Assembly (NCBI RefSeq): GCF_036677185.1
Contig: NZ_JAKFEN010000027.1
Span: forward strand, 94,044-158,043
Source: Phenylobacterium sp.
GTDB taxonomy: Bacteria; Pseudomonadota; Alphaproteobacteria; Caulobacterales; Caulobacteraceae
Length of the DNA stretch: 64,000 bases
Direction of reading: 5' to 3'
Program-made: the position numbers and the translations under genes
Part shown: in pieces, positions 1-9,997 of the stretch
Layout of the letters: every line of letters starts with the position of its first letter
Position numbering within the stretch: the first letter of the stretch is position 1
The notes under the pieces: generated by a model
Database searches by the model: none
What the model was told of the DNA's origin: nothing
What the model saw: only the letters and a program-made list of their open reading frames with translations

Positions 1-733
1 CCGCCAGGGCGCCGCCGCGGGCCTCCTCGGCGTCGGCGAGCAGCAGCAACGGCCTGCCGCCACCGAAATCGAACTGGGCGTTCAGGTGGTCGCCCGCGTG
101 CAGAAGGCTGGCGGCGGCGATCTCGCCCTTCTGGCCGCCGTTGCGGCGTTGGACGTCCAGGCTCATGACCACGTCGTAGACGCCGCGCCGATAGCTGAAG
201 GCCGGCGTCATCTCGACCCGGGTCCGCACCTCGTCCAGCACGATGGAGACCGGCAGGCCGCGGGACTTCGACTTGGGCTCCAAGGTGGGGCGGCGCAGGA
301 GGGTCAACTTCTCGGCGACGACCCGATCTGCGTCCAGCCTGCGCATGAGCAGTTGGCTGTAACGCCACTTGATGGAGACGTTTTTCGCCTCCAGCCAGAC
401 GCCCTTCTCGTCGCTGACGGTCAGCCGCCGGATGGTGAAGTCGCGCCAGACGTCGCCGCCCAGGCCCTCGATCTTCAGCTTGCCGAACCGCCCCAGCTTC
501 AGCCCGCTGGCGCGGGCCTCGATCAGCAGCCGGCCCTGGGGCAGCAGCACGCCGAAGCGCGTGGTCAACGCCGCGGCGGTCACCAGCAGGAAGATCGCCG
601 CGCAGATCCCGATAATGATCTTGGGCAGCAGTGAGGTCTTGGCCGCCTTGACCACCTCGTCCGCCACCTCGTGGGCGATCGCCTCGACCACTTCGCCCGG
701 CGTTTCCGGAGGTTTTTCGGACGGCGGGCTCAA
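1..733 (-). CDS. tamB: TamB-like translocation/assembly module protein, N-terminal part (gene runs off the left window edge)
   Basis: It is absent from the ORF track because it stays open to position 1. My minus-strand translation starts at a TTG at 733 that overlaps the tamA stop (TTGA). It gives ..SPPSEKPPETPGEVVEAIAHEVADEVVKAAKTSLLPKIIIGICAAIFLLVTAAALTTRFGVLLPQGRLLIEARASGLKLGRFGKLKIEGLGGDVWRDFTIRRLTVSDEKGVWLEAKNVSIKW.. This is a single N-terminal TM anchor followed by a beta-rich region. The position directly after tamA matches the canonical tamAB order. The start codon is uncertain. Confidence 0.6.
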   Translation of the reverse strand, partial: MSPPSEKPPETPGEVVEAIAHEVADEVVKAAKTSLLPKIIIGICAAIFLLVTAAALTTRFGVLLPQGRLLIEARASGLKLGRFGKLKIEGLGGDVWRDFTIRRLTVSDEKGVWLEAKNVSIKWRYSQLLMRRLDADRVVAEKLTLLRRPTLEPKSKSRGLPVSIVLDEVRTRVEMTPAFSYRRGVYDVVMSLDVQRRNGGQKGEIAAASLLHAGDHLNAQFDFGGGRPLLLLADAEEARGGALA

Positions 734-2505
734 AAGCTTTGTCCGATGCTGAGATAGATCTGGAAGGCCGCGTCGCCCTCACGCTTGTCCAGCGGAATGG
801 CGATATCGGCGCGGATCGGGCCGAAGCCCAGGTCGTAACGCACGCCCAAGCCGACGCCGGCGCTGAAATCGTCCCCGGCCGGGAACTGGCGGTCGCCCAC
901 CGCCCCGCCGTCGATGAAGGCCACCACCCCCCAGCGCTGCCCGATCCGCTGGCGCACTTCGAACGAGGCCTCCAGCACCGAAGCGCCGCCTTGGGGGGTA
1001 TTGTCGGCCAGGCGCGGGCCGATGGCCTGATAGGCGTAGCCGCGCACCGATCCCCCGCCGCCGGCATAGAAGCGCCGCGAGGCCGGGACCTCGGGAACCG
1101 ATCCGCCGATCATCGCCCCGACCTTGCCCCGGGCGGCCAGCACCGTGCGAGCGCGGGGGCCGAAGGGCATGTAGATCGAGCCCTGGGTCTGGACCTTCAG
1201 ATAGGCCAGGCTGTCGTCGCCGGTGATGTAGGTGGGCTCGGCCCGCACCTCCAGCCGCCAGCCGCGCTTGGGATCCAGCGGATCGTCGGAGCGGTCCAGG
1301 GAGGCCGCGGCCAGCACCGCGGCGGTCCACAGGTCGCGGCCGAGCGGGGTCAGCAATTTGGTCTGTTTCTCAGCGGTCTCGCTGTAATCCAGCGACCCGC
1401 CGAGCGTGATGTAGGAGGTCTTGAAAAACCGCCGCTGGACGTCGGCGCGGACGCCGAAGCCCGTCTCGTCATAGGCGTCGGTCTTGACGTCGTAGATCGC
1501 CGCGGCGGACTTCAGGGTCTGTTGGGCGCGCCGCCAGTGCGGCAGGGTCGCCTCCGCCACCAGGCGGCTGTCGATGTCCGAGGCCCGGACGGCGAACGAG
1601 AGCGTGTCTGCCCGTCCGAAGGTGTTGTAGCGCGTCCAGCGGGCGTCGGCGCCCACGCCTTCGCTGGTCGAGTAGCTGGCCCCCAGCTCGATGGTGCGCG
1701 GCGCGCGGTCCACCAGGCTGACCACCACCGGCCGCAGGCCTTCCGGCGTGGTCCGCTCCGGGGGCGCCAGGGACACGGTCACCGAGTCATAGACCCCCGT
1801 GTCCAGCAGCCGCCGTTCCAGCTCGCCGACATCCTCGGGATCGTAGACCTCGCCGGGGCGCCATGGCGCCATCTGGTTCAGCCAGGGCCGCTTGGTCCGC
1901 TCGCCGCCGATCACCTCCATGCCGTTCAGCCGCACCAGCGGGCCTGAATCGATCCGGAAGGTCGGCCGCACCGTCTTGTCGGCATGGTCGACGATCACCT
2001 GGCGGGGAACCGGCGCCACGTCGGCATAGCCGCGCTTCTGGGCGGCGGCGACGATCCGGCCCTCGGCGCCGATCACGTCGGCCGCCCGGCCCGGCTGGCC
2101 GGTGGCCAGGCCCATGACCGCCTCACCCGAGGCCTGGACCTCCGGCGAGGGTGGGGTCGCCACCCATTCGATCGTCGGTTCGGCGATGGTGAACCTCGGA
2201 CCCGGGGTCACCTTGACCACCGCGGCCGGCGGCTCGGCCTCCCCCACGTCGGGCTCGACCTCGTAGGCGTAGTAGCCCTCGGACCGCAGGACCGCGATGG
2301 CGTTCTCCGCCGCCTCGCGGGCGCGACGCCTAGCCTCGAAACGGCTGCTGATCGGTTTGTCGGACTCGCCGACGGCGCGCGCGATCGCCGCGCGCAGATC
2401 ACCCGTCAGTTCCCCCTCGACGGCCGCGCGAGGCGTCTCGGCGCGAGCCGCGCCGTGCGCACACAGGGCCGCCGAGGCGGCGAATGCGACGACCAATCGC
2501 GCCAC
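730..2505 (-). CDS. tamA: TamA/BamA-family outer-membrane protein assembly factor (POTRA domains plus Omp85 barrel)
   Basis: 591-aa ORF with a signal peptide (MARLVVAFAASAALCAHGAARA) and POTRA-like N-terminal repeats. The C-terminal barrel ends in an aromatic residue (..FQIYLSIGQSF). It is followed by a TamB-like gene. Confidence 0.75.
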   Translation of the reverse strand: MARLVVAFAASAALCAHGAARAETPRAAVEGELTGDLRAAIARAVGESDKPISSRFEARRRAREAAENAIAVLRSEGYYAYEVEPDVGEAEPPAAVVKVTPGPRFTIAEPTIEWVATPPSPEVQASGEAVMGLATGQPGRAADVIGAEGRIVAAAQKRGYADVAPVPRQVIVDHADKTVRPTFRIDSGPLVRLNGMEVIGGERTKRPWLNQMAPWRPGEVYDPEDVGELERRLLDTGVYDSVTVSLAPPERTTPEGLRPVVVSLVDRAPRTIELGASYSTSEGVGADARWTRYNTFGRADTLSFAVRASDIDSRLVAEATLPHWRRAQQTLKSAAAIYDVKTDAYDETGFGVRADVQRRFFKTSYITLGGSLDYSETAEKQTKLLTPLGRDLWTAAVLAAASLDRSDDPLDPKRGWRLEVRAEPTYITGDDSLAYLKVQTQGSIYMPFGPRARTVLAARGKVGAMIGGSVPEVPASRRFYAGGGGSVRGYAYQAIGPRLADNTPQGGASVLEASFEVRQRIGQRWGVVAFIDGGAVGDRQFPAGDDFSAGVGLGVRYDLGFGPIRADIAIPLDKREGDAAFQIYLSIGQSF

Positions 2506-2712
2506 GCCAAAACTTTCCTCTCGCGCCCCTCCCGCCGATCTACCTCGCGTCGCAGGCAGATGTCACCCACGCCGGACGCTCAAGGCGCTTTCCTGCACGG
2601 CCGAAACTTGCCCAAATGCTGAGCAGCCGCGCCGCTGAGGTTCGCCGATTCCGAAAAGCCGCCCCAAATCCGGGCGCGCTTCCTAAGGTCGGAGAGGGAC
2701 GCGGAGGACCAG

Positions 2713-4221
2713 GTGGTGGAGTACGGCGTGGCGACGGCCCACAGTTCTGAAGACACGGCGGCGGGGCCGAACGTGGGGCCACAGGCTTCATTGAACGTCC
2801 CGTACGACGAGATGCTGACCTCCCGCGGTCTGGTGCGGCCGCACTACGCGGCCCTCGACGCCCGGATCGCGACCCTGGCGGCGGCCGACATGGCCGAGCG
2901 CCAGCGGGTGCTGGAACGCTACTTCCTGCTGCAGGGCATCACCTTCACCGTCTATGGCGGCGAGAGCTCCACCGAGCGGATCATCCCCACCGACCTGCTG
3001 CCGCGGATCATCCCGGCCGAGGAATGGTCGAAGATCGAGGCCGGCCTCACCCAGCGCCTGAAGGCGCTGAACATGTTCCTGGCCGATATCTATGGCGAGC
3101 AGCAAATCCTGATGGACGGGGTGGTGCCGCGCGAGCTGGTGCTGAGCGCGCCGTCCTATCGCCGGGAGATGCAGAACCTGTTCGTGCCGCACCAGGCCTA
3201 CGCCAATGTCTGCGGCTCGGACCTGATCCGCCAGACCGACGGCGCCTTTGCGGTGTTGGAGGACAATCTGCGGGTGCCGTCCGGGGTCTCGTACATGCTG
3301 GCAAACCGGGAGGCTTCGCGGCGGACCTTCCCGGGCACGTTCCGGGCGGCCAACGTGCGGGCCATCGACCGCTATCCCGACCTGCTGCTGGCGACCCTCA
3401 AGAGCATGGCCGCCGACTGGCGACCCAATCCCCAGGTCGCGGTCCTGACCCCCGGGGTCTACAACTCCGCTTACTACGAGCACGCCTATCTGGCCCGGTT
3501 GATGGGCTGCCCGCTGGTCGAGGGCCGCGATCTCGTGGTCCACGACAACATGGTCTACATGCGGACCACCACCGGCCTGCGTCGGATCGATGTGATCTAT
3601 CGTCGGGTCGACGACGACTTCATCGACCCCCTCACCTTCCGCCGGGACTCAGGCCTCGGCGTCGCGGGCCTGTTCAACGCCTACCGGGCCGGCAATGTGG
3701 TGATCTGCAACGCGCCCGGCACCGGCGTGGCCGACGACAAGGCCGTCTACGCCTATGTCCCGGAGATCATCCGCTACTATCTGGGCGAAGAAGCCATCCT
3801 GCCCAATATCGAGACCTATCTCTGCCGCGAGCCGGCCCAGCTCAGCCACGTCCTGGCCAATCTGGACAAGCTGGTGGTCAAGGCGGTCGGCGCCTCGGGC
3901 GGCTACGGCATGCTGATCGGCCCGCACGCCAGCAAGCAGGAGCGCGCCGACTTCGCCCAGGCGATCAAGGCCGACCCAGACAACTACATCGCCCAGCCGA
4001 CCATCCAGCTCTCCACCGCCCCCTGCCTGGTCGATGGGGCCATCGAACCGCGCCACGTGGACCTTCGGCCCTTCATCCTGTCGGGCGAGAAGATCGTGGT
4101 GACCCCGGGCGCCCTGACCCGCGTGGCCCTGCGCAAGGGCTCCCTGGTGGTCAATTCCAGCCAGGGCGGCGGCTCCAAGGACACCTGGGTGCTCACCGAG
4201 GGCAAGGAGACCCTGCCATGA
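2713..4221 (+). CDS. Circularly permuted type-2 ATP-grasp protein (DUF404/DUF407, COG2308 type)
   Basis: 502-aa ORF. ..YDEMLTSRGLVRPHYAALDARI..LERYFLLQGITFTVYG..ERIIPTDLLPRIIPAEEW..LKALNMFLADIYGEQ.. is the family-typical N-terminus. It is first of the conserved trio with the alpha-E and transglutaminase genes. The true start may be one of several downstream GTG/TTG codons. Confidence 0.85.
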   Translation: MVEYGVATAHSSEDTAAGPNVGPQASLNVPYDEMLTSRGLVRPHYAALDARIATLAAADMAERQRVLERYFLLQGITFTVYGGESSTERIIPTDLLPRIIPAEEWSKIEAGLTQRLKALNMFLADIYGEQQILMDGVVPRELVLSAPSYRREMQNLFVPHQAYANVCGSDLIRQTDGAFAVLEDNLRVPSGVSYMLANREASRRTFPGTFRAANVRAIDRYPDLLLATLKSMAADWRPNPQVAVLTPGVYNSAYYEHAYLARLMGCPLVEGRDLVVHDNMVYMRTTTGLRRIDVIYRRVDDDFIDPLTFRRDSGLGVAGLFNAYRAGNVVICNAPGTGVADDKAVYAYVPEIIRYYLGEEAILPNIETYLCREPAQLSHVLANLDKLVVKAVGASGGYGMLIGPHASKQERADFAQAIKADPDNYIAQPTIQLSTAPCLVDGAIEPRHVDLRPFILSGEKIVVTPGALTRVALRKGSLVVNSSQGGGSKDTWVLTEGKETLP

Positions 4222-4255
4222 TGCTCGCCAATCTTCGTCGCAAAGGATCGCGAGC

Positions 4256-5197
4256 ATGATGCTCGCGAGGGTCGCCGACAGTCTCTACTGGATCGGCCGC
4301 TATGTGGAACGGGCCGAGCATATGTGCCGGCTCTCGGACGTGATGCTGAACGCCACCCTCGACCGGACCGAGGGGGCGGCCCAGGTGGCTCGCATCGCGC
4401 TGGCGGCCGTCGGCGACTCCGACCGCGCCCACCTGACCAATCCCTATGAGGCGACGCTGGCCATGGCGCTGGACCGCGAGGACCAGGGCTCGATCGTCTC
4501 CTCCCTGGCGCTTGCCCGCGAGAACGCCCGCCAGGTGCGAGACCAGATCACCACCGAGACCTGGGAACGGCTCAACCTCATCTACCTGAAGATGACCGGA
4601 CCAGACGCCGCCAAGTCCTTCGCCGACGGATCCTCGGCCTTCCTGCATGACGTGATCGCCGACCTGCACCTGTTCCGCGGCGCGGCCGACGCCACCATGA
4701 GCCACGGCGAGGGCTGGCGGTTCTTGCTGCTGGGCATGTACCTGGAGCGCGCCCAGCTCATCGGCCGGCTGCTGGAGGTCTGTTTCGGCGACCGGCGCCG
4801 GGGCGCCTTCGACGAGCACTTCGCCCTGGTCAGCGTCCTGCGGATGAGCTGCGCGCTGGAGCCCTATCTGCGGCGCTACACCGCCGACATCCAGCCGCGG
4901 AAGGTGTTGGAGTTCCTACTGCTGGACGAGGACTTCCCACGCTCCATCCGCTTCGCCACCGCCCGGATCGAGGAACACACCACCGCGGCCAGCCGCTATG
5001 TGGAAGCCGGCCACGCAGGGCCCGAGCGCCTGGCCGGCCGGCTGAAGGCGCGCCTGCAATATGCCGACATGGACGAGCTGCAGGTGGCCGGGGCCAGCGC
5101 GCTCATCTCCACCGTGCTGGACGAGTGCGTGGCGATCCACCAGTCGATCTACGAGACCTTCGTCCACTATTCCCTTGAAATGCGACTGCCCGCCTGA
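4256..5197 (+). CDS. Alpha-E domain protein (DUF403, COG2307 type)
   Basis: 313-aa ORF beginning MLARVADSLYWIGRYVERAEHMCRL.., the hallmark alpha-E N-terminus. It sits immediately after the ATP-grasp gene. Confidence 0.85.
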   Translation: MMLARVADSLYWIGRYVERAEHMCRLSDVMLNATLDRTEGAAQVARIALAAVGDSDRAHLTNPYEATLAMALDREDQGSIVSSLALARENARQVRDQITTETWERLNLIYLKMTGPDAAKSFADGSSAFLHDVIADLHLFRGAADATMSHGEGWRFLLLGMYLERAQLIGRLLEVCFGDRRRGAFDEHFALVSVLRMSCALEPYLRRYTADIQPRKVLEFLLLDEDFPRSIRFATARIEEHTTAASRYVEAGHAGPERLAGRLKARLQYADMDELQVAGASALISTVLDECVAIHQSIYETFVHYSLEMRLPA

Positions 5198-5208
5198 GGC
5201 GCTGACCG

Positions 5209-6189
5209 ATGCTCTTGGAAGTCCGCCACGTCACCCAGTACCACTACGCCGAGCCGGTGCGCGAAAGCGTCATGGAGCTCTGGATGCAGCCGCAAAAGAG
5301 CGTGCGCCAGCGGCTGGTCAGCTTCGACCTGGACCTGGATCCGGCCGCGCAGCTGTTCTCCTACGCCGATCCGTTCGGCAATGCGGTCTATCACTTCGAC
5401 GTGCCCCAACCGCACGACCGCCTTAACATCGTCGCGCGCTCGGCGGTGGAGACCCAGCCGCCGACCGCCCTGCCCGAGGCGCTGGACATGGGCGAATGGG
5501 ACCGGCTGCGCAGCGACTTCGTCCGCGGAGAGAACTTCGATTTCCTGCGTCATCACGGCTTCGCGGTGGAAACCGAGGGGCTGAAGGCCTTCGTCGCCGA
5601 GCACAAGATCGACGAACTGAAGGCCCTCGACCCCCTGCGCGCCGTGCGCGAGCTGTCGAAGATCATCTACGAGTCGTTCGACTACGAGGCCGGCGTCACC
5701 CATGCCGACAGCCCCATCGACCTGGCCCTGAAGGCTCGCCGGGGGGTCTGCCAGGACTTCAGCCACATCATGCTGGCCATCTGCCGGTCCTGGGGCGTGC
5801 CGGCGCGCTACGTCTCGGGCTATCTGTTCACCGACCGCAAGGCCGGCGACCGCTCCGATCCGGACGCCACCCACGCCTGGGTGGAAATCTTCCTGCCCTC
5901 GACCCGCTGGATCGGCCTGGATCCCACCAACAATGTCGTCGCCGGCGAGCGCCACATCGCCGCCGCCTTGGGCCGCGACTACAACGACGTCCCGCCTTCG
6001 CGCGGAGTCTACAAGGGCGAGGCGGAGAGCCAGCTCGCGGTGGGCGTCTCGGTCCGCCGAGCGCGCGCGGCGATCACCGAGCCGGAGTTCATCCGCGTGG
6101 CCCAGCCTGCCTTCGCCCAAGGCGGCCGCAGGCGCGGACCGGCCGGCGGCCTCGCCTACGACCAGCAGCAGCAACAGCAGCAGCAATAG
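5209..6189 (+). CDS. Transglutaminase-like cysteine peptidase family protein with a C-terminal poly-Gln tail
   Basis: 326-aa ORF. It has a Bact_transglu_N-like start (MLLEVRHVTQYHYAEPV) and a core motif ..RRGVCQDFSHIMLAICRSWGVPARYVSGY..HAWVEIF..GLDPTN.. (Cys-His-Asp). It ends ..AYDQQQQQQQQ. Confidence 0.85.
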   Translation: MLLEVRHVTQYHYAEPVRESVMELWMQPQKSVRQRLVSFDLDLDPAAQLFSYADPFGNAVYHFDVPQPHDRLNIVARSAVETQPPTALPEALDMGEWDRLRSDFVRGENFDFLRHHGFAVETEGLKAFVAEHKIDELKALDPLRAVRELSKIIYESFDYEAGVTHADSPIDLALKARRGVCQDFSHIMLAICRSWGVPARYVSGYLFTDRKAGDRSDPDATHAWVEIFLPSTRWIGLDPTNNVVAGERHIAAALGRDYNDVPPSRGVYKGEAESQLAVGVSVRRARAAITEPEFIRVAQPAFAQGGRRRGPAGGLAYDQQQQQQQQ

Positions 6190-6381
6190 GGCTTAGCGGC
6201 CCATCCGGAAGAAGGCGACGCCCAGCAGCAAACCGCCAAGGACGATGAGACCGACCTCAAGCGCGACAGCGCGGTGGGGAGACGTCCGGAGACTCGCCAG
6301 AAACCGAAAGATCCAAGTCATCACCGCCCCATTTTTCGCGGGGCAACCTAGCGACGGCGCCTTACGGTTGCAAGATATCGA

Positions 6382-7416
6382 CTACGCGCTGAAGATGTAC
6401 GACCGTTGCGCGGCGAGCCCAAAGCGGACGCCGGATTGGAACCGGCCGGCGAGTTCGCGCGAGAAGGCCGCCTCGATCCGCTGACCGCCGGGGGTCAGGC
6501 CGTCCACGCGCACCACCGGACCGCTAGGCGCCACGCGCTCGGTGATCAGGAACAGCTGCTCCTGGCCGGCCGGGGCCAGGGTGAACTCGTGAGGACGCAC
6601 GAAGGCCACCGCGGCGCCGTCGGCCACGCCCTGGGCCGGCAACTCAATCTCCGCGGCGCGGAATCGGCCGCCCTTCACCGCCCCCTCGAACCGGTTGACC
6701 TCGCCGACGAAGCCACAGACGAAGGCGCCAGCGGGCTGGTCGTGGACCTCGTGTGGCATGCCGACCTGCTCGATGGCGCCATTGTTGAGGATCGCCACCC
6801 GGTCGGCCAGCTCCAGGGCTTCCTCCTGGTCATGGGTGACGAAGATGGTGGTGACGCCGGTGGCGTCATGGATGCGGCGCAGCTCCTTGCGCAGCGACTT
6901 GCGCACCGTGGCGTCCAGGGCGCCGAACGGCTCGTCCAGCAGTAGGACGCTGGGATTGACCGCCAGGGCGCGGGCGAGCGCTACGCGCTGGCGCTGGCCG
7001 CCGGAGAGCTGGGCCGGATAGCGCTTGCCCAGGTCGCCCAGTTCCACGAGCTCCAGCAGTTCGCCGACGCGGGCGGCGATCTCGCTCTTGGAGGGCTTGT
7101 CCGCGCCCCTGCGCACCTCCAGGCCGAAGGCGACGTTGCGGGCCACGGTCATGTGACGGAAGAGGGCGTACTGCTGGAACACGAAGCCCACCCGCCGCGC
7201 CGCGGCGCTGGCATAGGTCATGTCCTGCTCGCCATAGAGCACCTGACCCTTCTCGGGGAACTCCAGGCCGGCGATGACCCGCAGCAGGGTGGTCTTGCCC
7301 GAGCCCGACGGGCCGAGCAGGGCGAGCAGTTCGCCGTCGGCGATCTCCAGGCTCACCCCGTTCAGCGCCGGATAGCGCCCGAAGGTCTTCTCCACCGATC
7401 GGATGGAAATGGTCAT
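6382..7416 (-). CDS. cysA: Sulfate/thiosulfate ABC transporter ATP-binding protein
   Basis: 344 aa with Walker A GPSGSGKTT, signature LSGGQRQRVALARAL and Walker B LLLDEPFGALD. The CysA-type C-terminal regulatory domain is present. It is last in the cysT-cysW-cysA order. Confidence 0.9.
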   Translation of the reverse strand: MTISIRSVEKTFGRYPALNGVSLEIADGELLALLGPSGSGKTTLLRVIAGLEFPEKGQVLYGEQDMTYASAAARRVGFVFQQYALFRHMTVARNVAFGLEVRRGADKPSKSEIAARVGELLELVELGDLGKRYPAQLSGGQRQRVALARALAVNPSVLLLDEPFGALDATVRKSLRKELRRIHDATGVTTIFVTHDQEEALELADRVAILNNGAIEQVGMPHEVHDQPAGAFVCGFVGEVNRFEGAVKGGRFRAAEIELPAQGVADGAAVAFVRPHEFTLAPAGQEQLFLITERVAPSGPVVRVDGLTPGGQRIEAAFSRELAGRFQSGVRFGLAAQRSYIFSA

Positions 7417-7432
7417 GCGGCGGGTCTCACGA

Positions 7433-8278
7433 TCAATGACGGCCGGGCCGCGACTGCGGCTGGATGAGTTCGAGACCGGCCTTCAGCACCAGGGTGACGA
7501 TGGCCAGGAAGCACAACAGGGCGGCGACGGCGAAGGCGCCGACGAAATCGTACTCGTTGTAGAGTATCTCCACATGCAGCGGCATGGTGTTGGTCAGGCC
7601 GCGGATGTGGCCCGAGACCACCGAGACAGCGCCGAACTCCCCCATCGCCCGGGCGTTGCACAGCAGGACGCCGTAGAGCAGCCCCCAGCGGATATTGGGC
7701 GCGGTCACGCTCCAGAAGGTGCGCAGGCCCGAGGCCCCCATGGAGACCGCGGCCTCCTCCTCGTCGGCCCCCTGCTCCTGCATCAGCGGGATCAGCTCGC
7801 GGGCGATGAAGGGGAAGGTGACGAAGATGGTCGCCAGCACGATGCCCGGAATGGCGAAGATCACCTTGATGTCGTGCTCGATCAGCCAGGGCCCGAACCA
7901 GCCCTGGGCCCCGAACACCAGCACATAGATCAGTCCCGCCACCACCGGCGACACCGAGAACGGCAGGTCGATCAAGGTGATCAGGAAGGGCTTGAAGGGG
8001 AAATTGTGCTTGGCGATCGCCCAGGCGGCGCAGACGCCGAACACGGCGTTGAACGGCACGGTGATCGCCGCGGTGATCAGGGTCAGCTTGATCGCGGCGC
8101 GGGCGTCCTCCTGCCCGATCGCTTCCAGCGCCGGTCCCAGGCCCTTGCGCAGGGCCTCGAAGAACACCGTGACCATCGGCAAAATCAGGACGCTGACCAG
8201 GAACACCGCCACCAGGGCCAGGACGAGCGCCTTGGCCCAGGCGGGATCCTCGGTGGGGTGGCGCGGGCGGCGGCTCAT
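7433..8278 (-). CDS. cysW: Sulfate ABC transporter permease CysW
   Basis: The ORF-track entry 7433..8512 is over-extended. The ATG at 8278 ([23 protein letters not shown]..) overlaps the cysT stop as ATGA. It is a multi-TM permease with an EAA-like loop ([21 protein letters not shown]). Confidence 0.88.
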   Translation of the reverse strand: MSRRPRHPTEDPAWAKALVLALVAVFLVSVLILPMVTVFFEALRKGLGPALEAIGQEDARAAIKLTLITAAITVPFNAVFGVCAAWAIAKHNFPFKPFLITLIDLPFSVSPVVAGLIYVLVFGAQGWFGPWLIEHDIKVIFAIPGIVLATIFVTFPFIARELIPLMQEQGADEEEAAVSMGASGLRTFWSVTAPNIRWGLLYGVLLCNARAMGEFGAVSVVSGHIRGLTNTMPLHVEILYNEYDFVGAFAVAALLCFLAIVTLVLKAGLELIQPQSRPGRH

Positions 8279-9147
8279 GAGAAACGCCTCGCCCAGGCCT
8301 GGATGGCGTTGATGAAGAACAGCATCAGGAACGAGACGCCCAGCATCACCACGGCCACGGTGGCCGCTCCGGCATAGTCGTACTGCTCCAACTCGATGAC
8401 GATCAGCAGCGGCGCGATCTCGGACTTGTAGGGCATGTTGCCGGCGATGAAGATCACCGAGCCGTATTCCCCCACGCCGCGGGCGAAGGCGAGCGCGAAG
8501 CCGGTCAACCATGCGGGGCCAAGCGCCGGCAGGATCACGCGCAGGACGGTGTCCAGCCGGCTGGCGCCCAGGCTGGCGGCGGCCTCCTCAACGTCGTGGG
8601 CTAGGTCGCGCATCACCGGCTCCAGGGTCCGCACCACGAACGGCAGGCCGATGAAGGTGAGCGCGATGACCACGCCCAGCGGCGTATAGGCGATCTTGAT
8701 CCCGGATGGCGCGAACAGGGCTCCGACCCAGCCGTTGGGCGCGTAGAGGGTGGCGAGCGCGATGCCGGCCACCGCGGTCGGCAGGGCGAAGGGCAGGTCG
8801 ATGATGCCGTTGACCAGGCTCTTTAGAGGAAACTCATAACGGACCAGGGCCCAGCAGGTCAGGACCCCGAACACCCCATTGACCAGGGCCGCGACCAGCG
8901 CCGCCCCAAAGGACAGCCGGTAGGCGGTGAGCGCCCGCGCGTTGAAGGCGGCCTCCAGCAGCTCCGGGAAGGTCTGCTGCGAGGCCTTCAGCGCCACGGC
9001 GACCAGCGGAACCAGGACGACGAGCGACAGGATCGACAGCGTCACGCCCATGGTCAGCGAGAATCCAGGGATCGCCGAGCGACGCCGGAACATCGGTCTG
9101 CGCGCCGCGGCGGCCGGGGCGGTCTCTGGCGGATGGGTCGCCGTCAT
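8275..9147 (-). CDS. cysT: Sulfate ABC transporter permease CysT
   Basis: 290-aa permease with the EAA loop [21 protein letters not shown]. It precedes cysW with a 4-nt overlap. Confidence 0.88.
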   Translation of the reverse strand: MTATHPPETAPAAAARRPMFRRRSAIPGFSLTMGVTLSILSLVVLVPLVAVALKASQQTFPELLEAAFNARALTAYRLSFGAALVAALVNGVFGVLTCWALVRYEFPLKSLVNGIIDLPFALPTAVAGIALATLYAPNGWVGALFAPSGIKIAYTPLGVVIALTFIGLPFVVRTLEPVMRDLAHDVEEAAASLGASRLDTVLRVILPALGPAWLTGFALAFARGVGEYGSVIFIAGNMPYKSEIAPLLIVIELEQYDYAGAATVAVVMLGVSFLMLFFINAIQAWARRFS

Positions 9148-9294
9148 GCGGTGGTGCTTCGCCCCGGTTGAAACGCCTAAACGCCGACAAACGCGGTTTC
9201 GCTGCGTCTCGGTGCGCAGCCTGGCTAATTCCTACTCATCCCATGGACAATATAGATTTTCTGGGAGCACGGCGGGAAACCCTCACGCCGTGGC

Positions 9295-9963
9295 CTACCA
9301 GACGCCTGGAACCAGACGATAACGCACCCGCGCGGCGTAGTCCTCATAGCCCGCGAGCTCGCGCCGCAGCACCTGCTCCTCGCCCACCGCGCGGACCGCG
9401 ACCAGCAGGGTCAGCAACAGGCCGCCGGCCAGGCCCCACCAGGATCCGAGCATCAAGGCGGTGCCGGCGAAGAACAGCATGACGCCGAAATAGAGCGGGT
9501 GGCGCACCAGGCGGTAGGGACCAGTGTCGATCACCGTCTGGCCGGCCTGGACCTTCACCACCGCGGCGGCATAGCCATTCTCGCGGAAGGTCGCCCAGGC
9601 CACGGCGAAGGCCGCCGCGAGGCCCGCGGCGCCCGCAACCTGAGCCCAGGTTGGGACCCGCGACCACTGGAACCGCGCGTCCAGGCCCATCAAGACCAGC
9701 CAGCCGACGAAGCCTAAACCCACGCAGATGATGAACAGTCGGTCCCAGGCTTTCTGATTCGCCTGAATCGGCGAGCTCAGCCGCTCGGCCAGCAGGGCCG
9801 GATCATAACGGGCCATCCAGGCGGCCACCGCCAGGCTGAGAACCGCGAACTCTCCGAGGAACAACCACGCGGCCGGCCAGTCGAACGTCCCGGCCGACGC
9901 GAACAGGGCCGCGGCCATGACGACCATCAGAACGGTTTCCTCGAAGACGAGCTTCGTGATCAT
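9295..9963 (-). CDS. Isoprenylcysteine carboxyl methyltransferase (ICMT/PEMT-like) family membrane protein
   Basis: 222-aa polytopic membrane protein with the family-typical C-terminal segment ..TGPYRLVRHPLYFGVMLFFAGTALMLGSWW..EEQVLRRELAGYEDYAARVRYRLVPGVW. Confidence 0.7.
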   Translation of the reverse strand: MITKLVFEETVLMVVMAAALFASAGTFDWPAAWLFLGEFAVLSLAVAAWMARYDPALLAERLSSPIQANQKAWDRLFIICVGLGFVGWLVLMGLDARFQWSRVPTWAQVAGAAGLAAAFAVAWATFRENGYAAAVVKVQAGQTVIDTGPYRLVRHPLYFGVMLFFAGTALMLGSWWGLAGGLLLTLLVAVRAVGEEQVLRRELAGYEDYAARVRYRLVPGVW

Positions 9964-9997
9964 TCCACCATCTCCGAGCCAGTGTCGGGACGGGGAA

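Noticed and set aside
739-1947. 402-aa + strand ORF inside tamA, together with similar long antisense or off-frame ORFs. Examples: 86..634, 3024..4259, 5167..6186, 7403..8377, 10860..11822, 15599..16699, 18318..20045, 34004..35017, 44437..45516, 45754..47115, 53400..54962, 56779..58014, 58519..59985, 60148..61350, 62332..63912.
   Set aside because: They are Arg/Gly/Ala/Pro-rich with no recognisable domains. They lie antisense or out of frame to genes with clear family motifs. This is the typical open-frame artefact of very high GC DNA.
6245-6484. 79-aa + strand ORF overlapping the cysA 3' end.
   Set aside because: It overlaps the well-supported cysA on the opposite strand and has no features.
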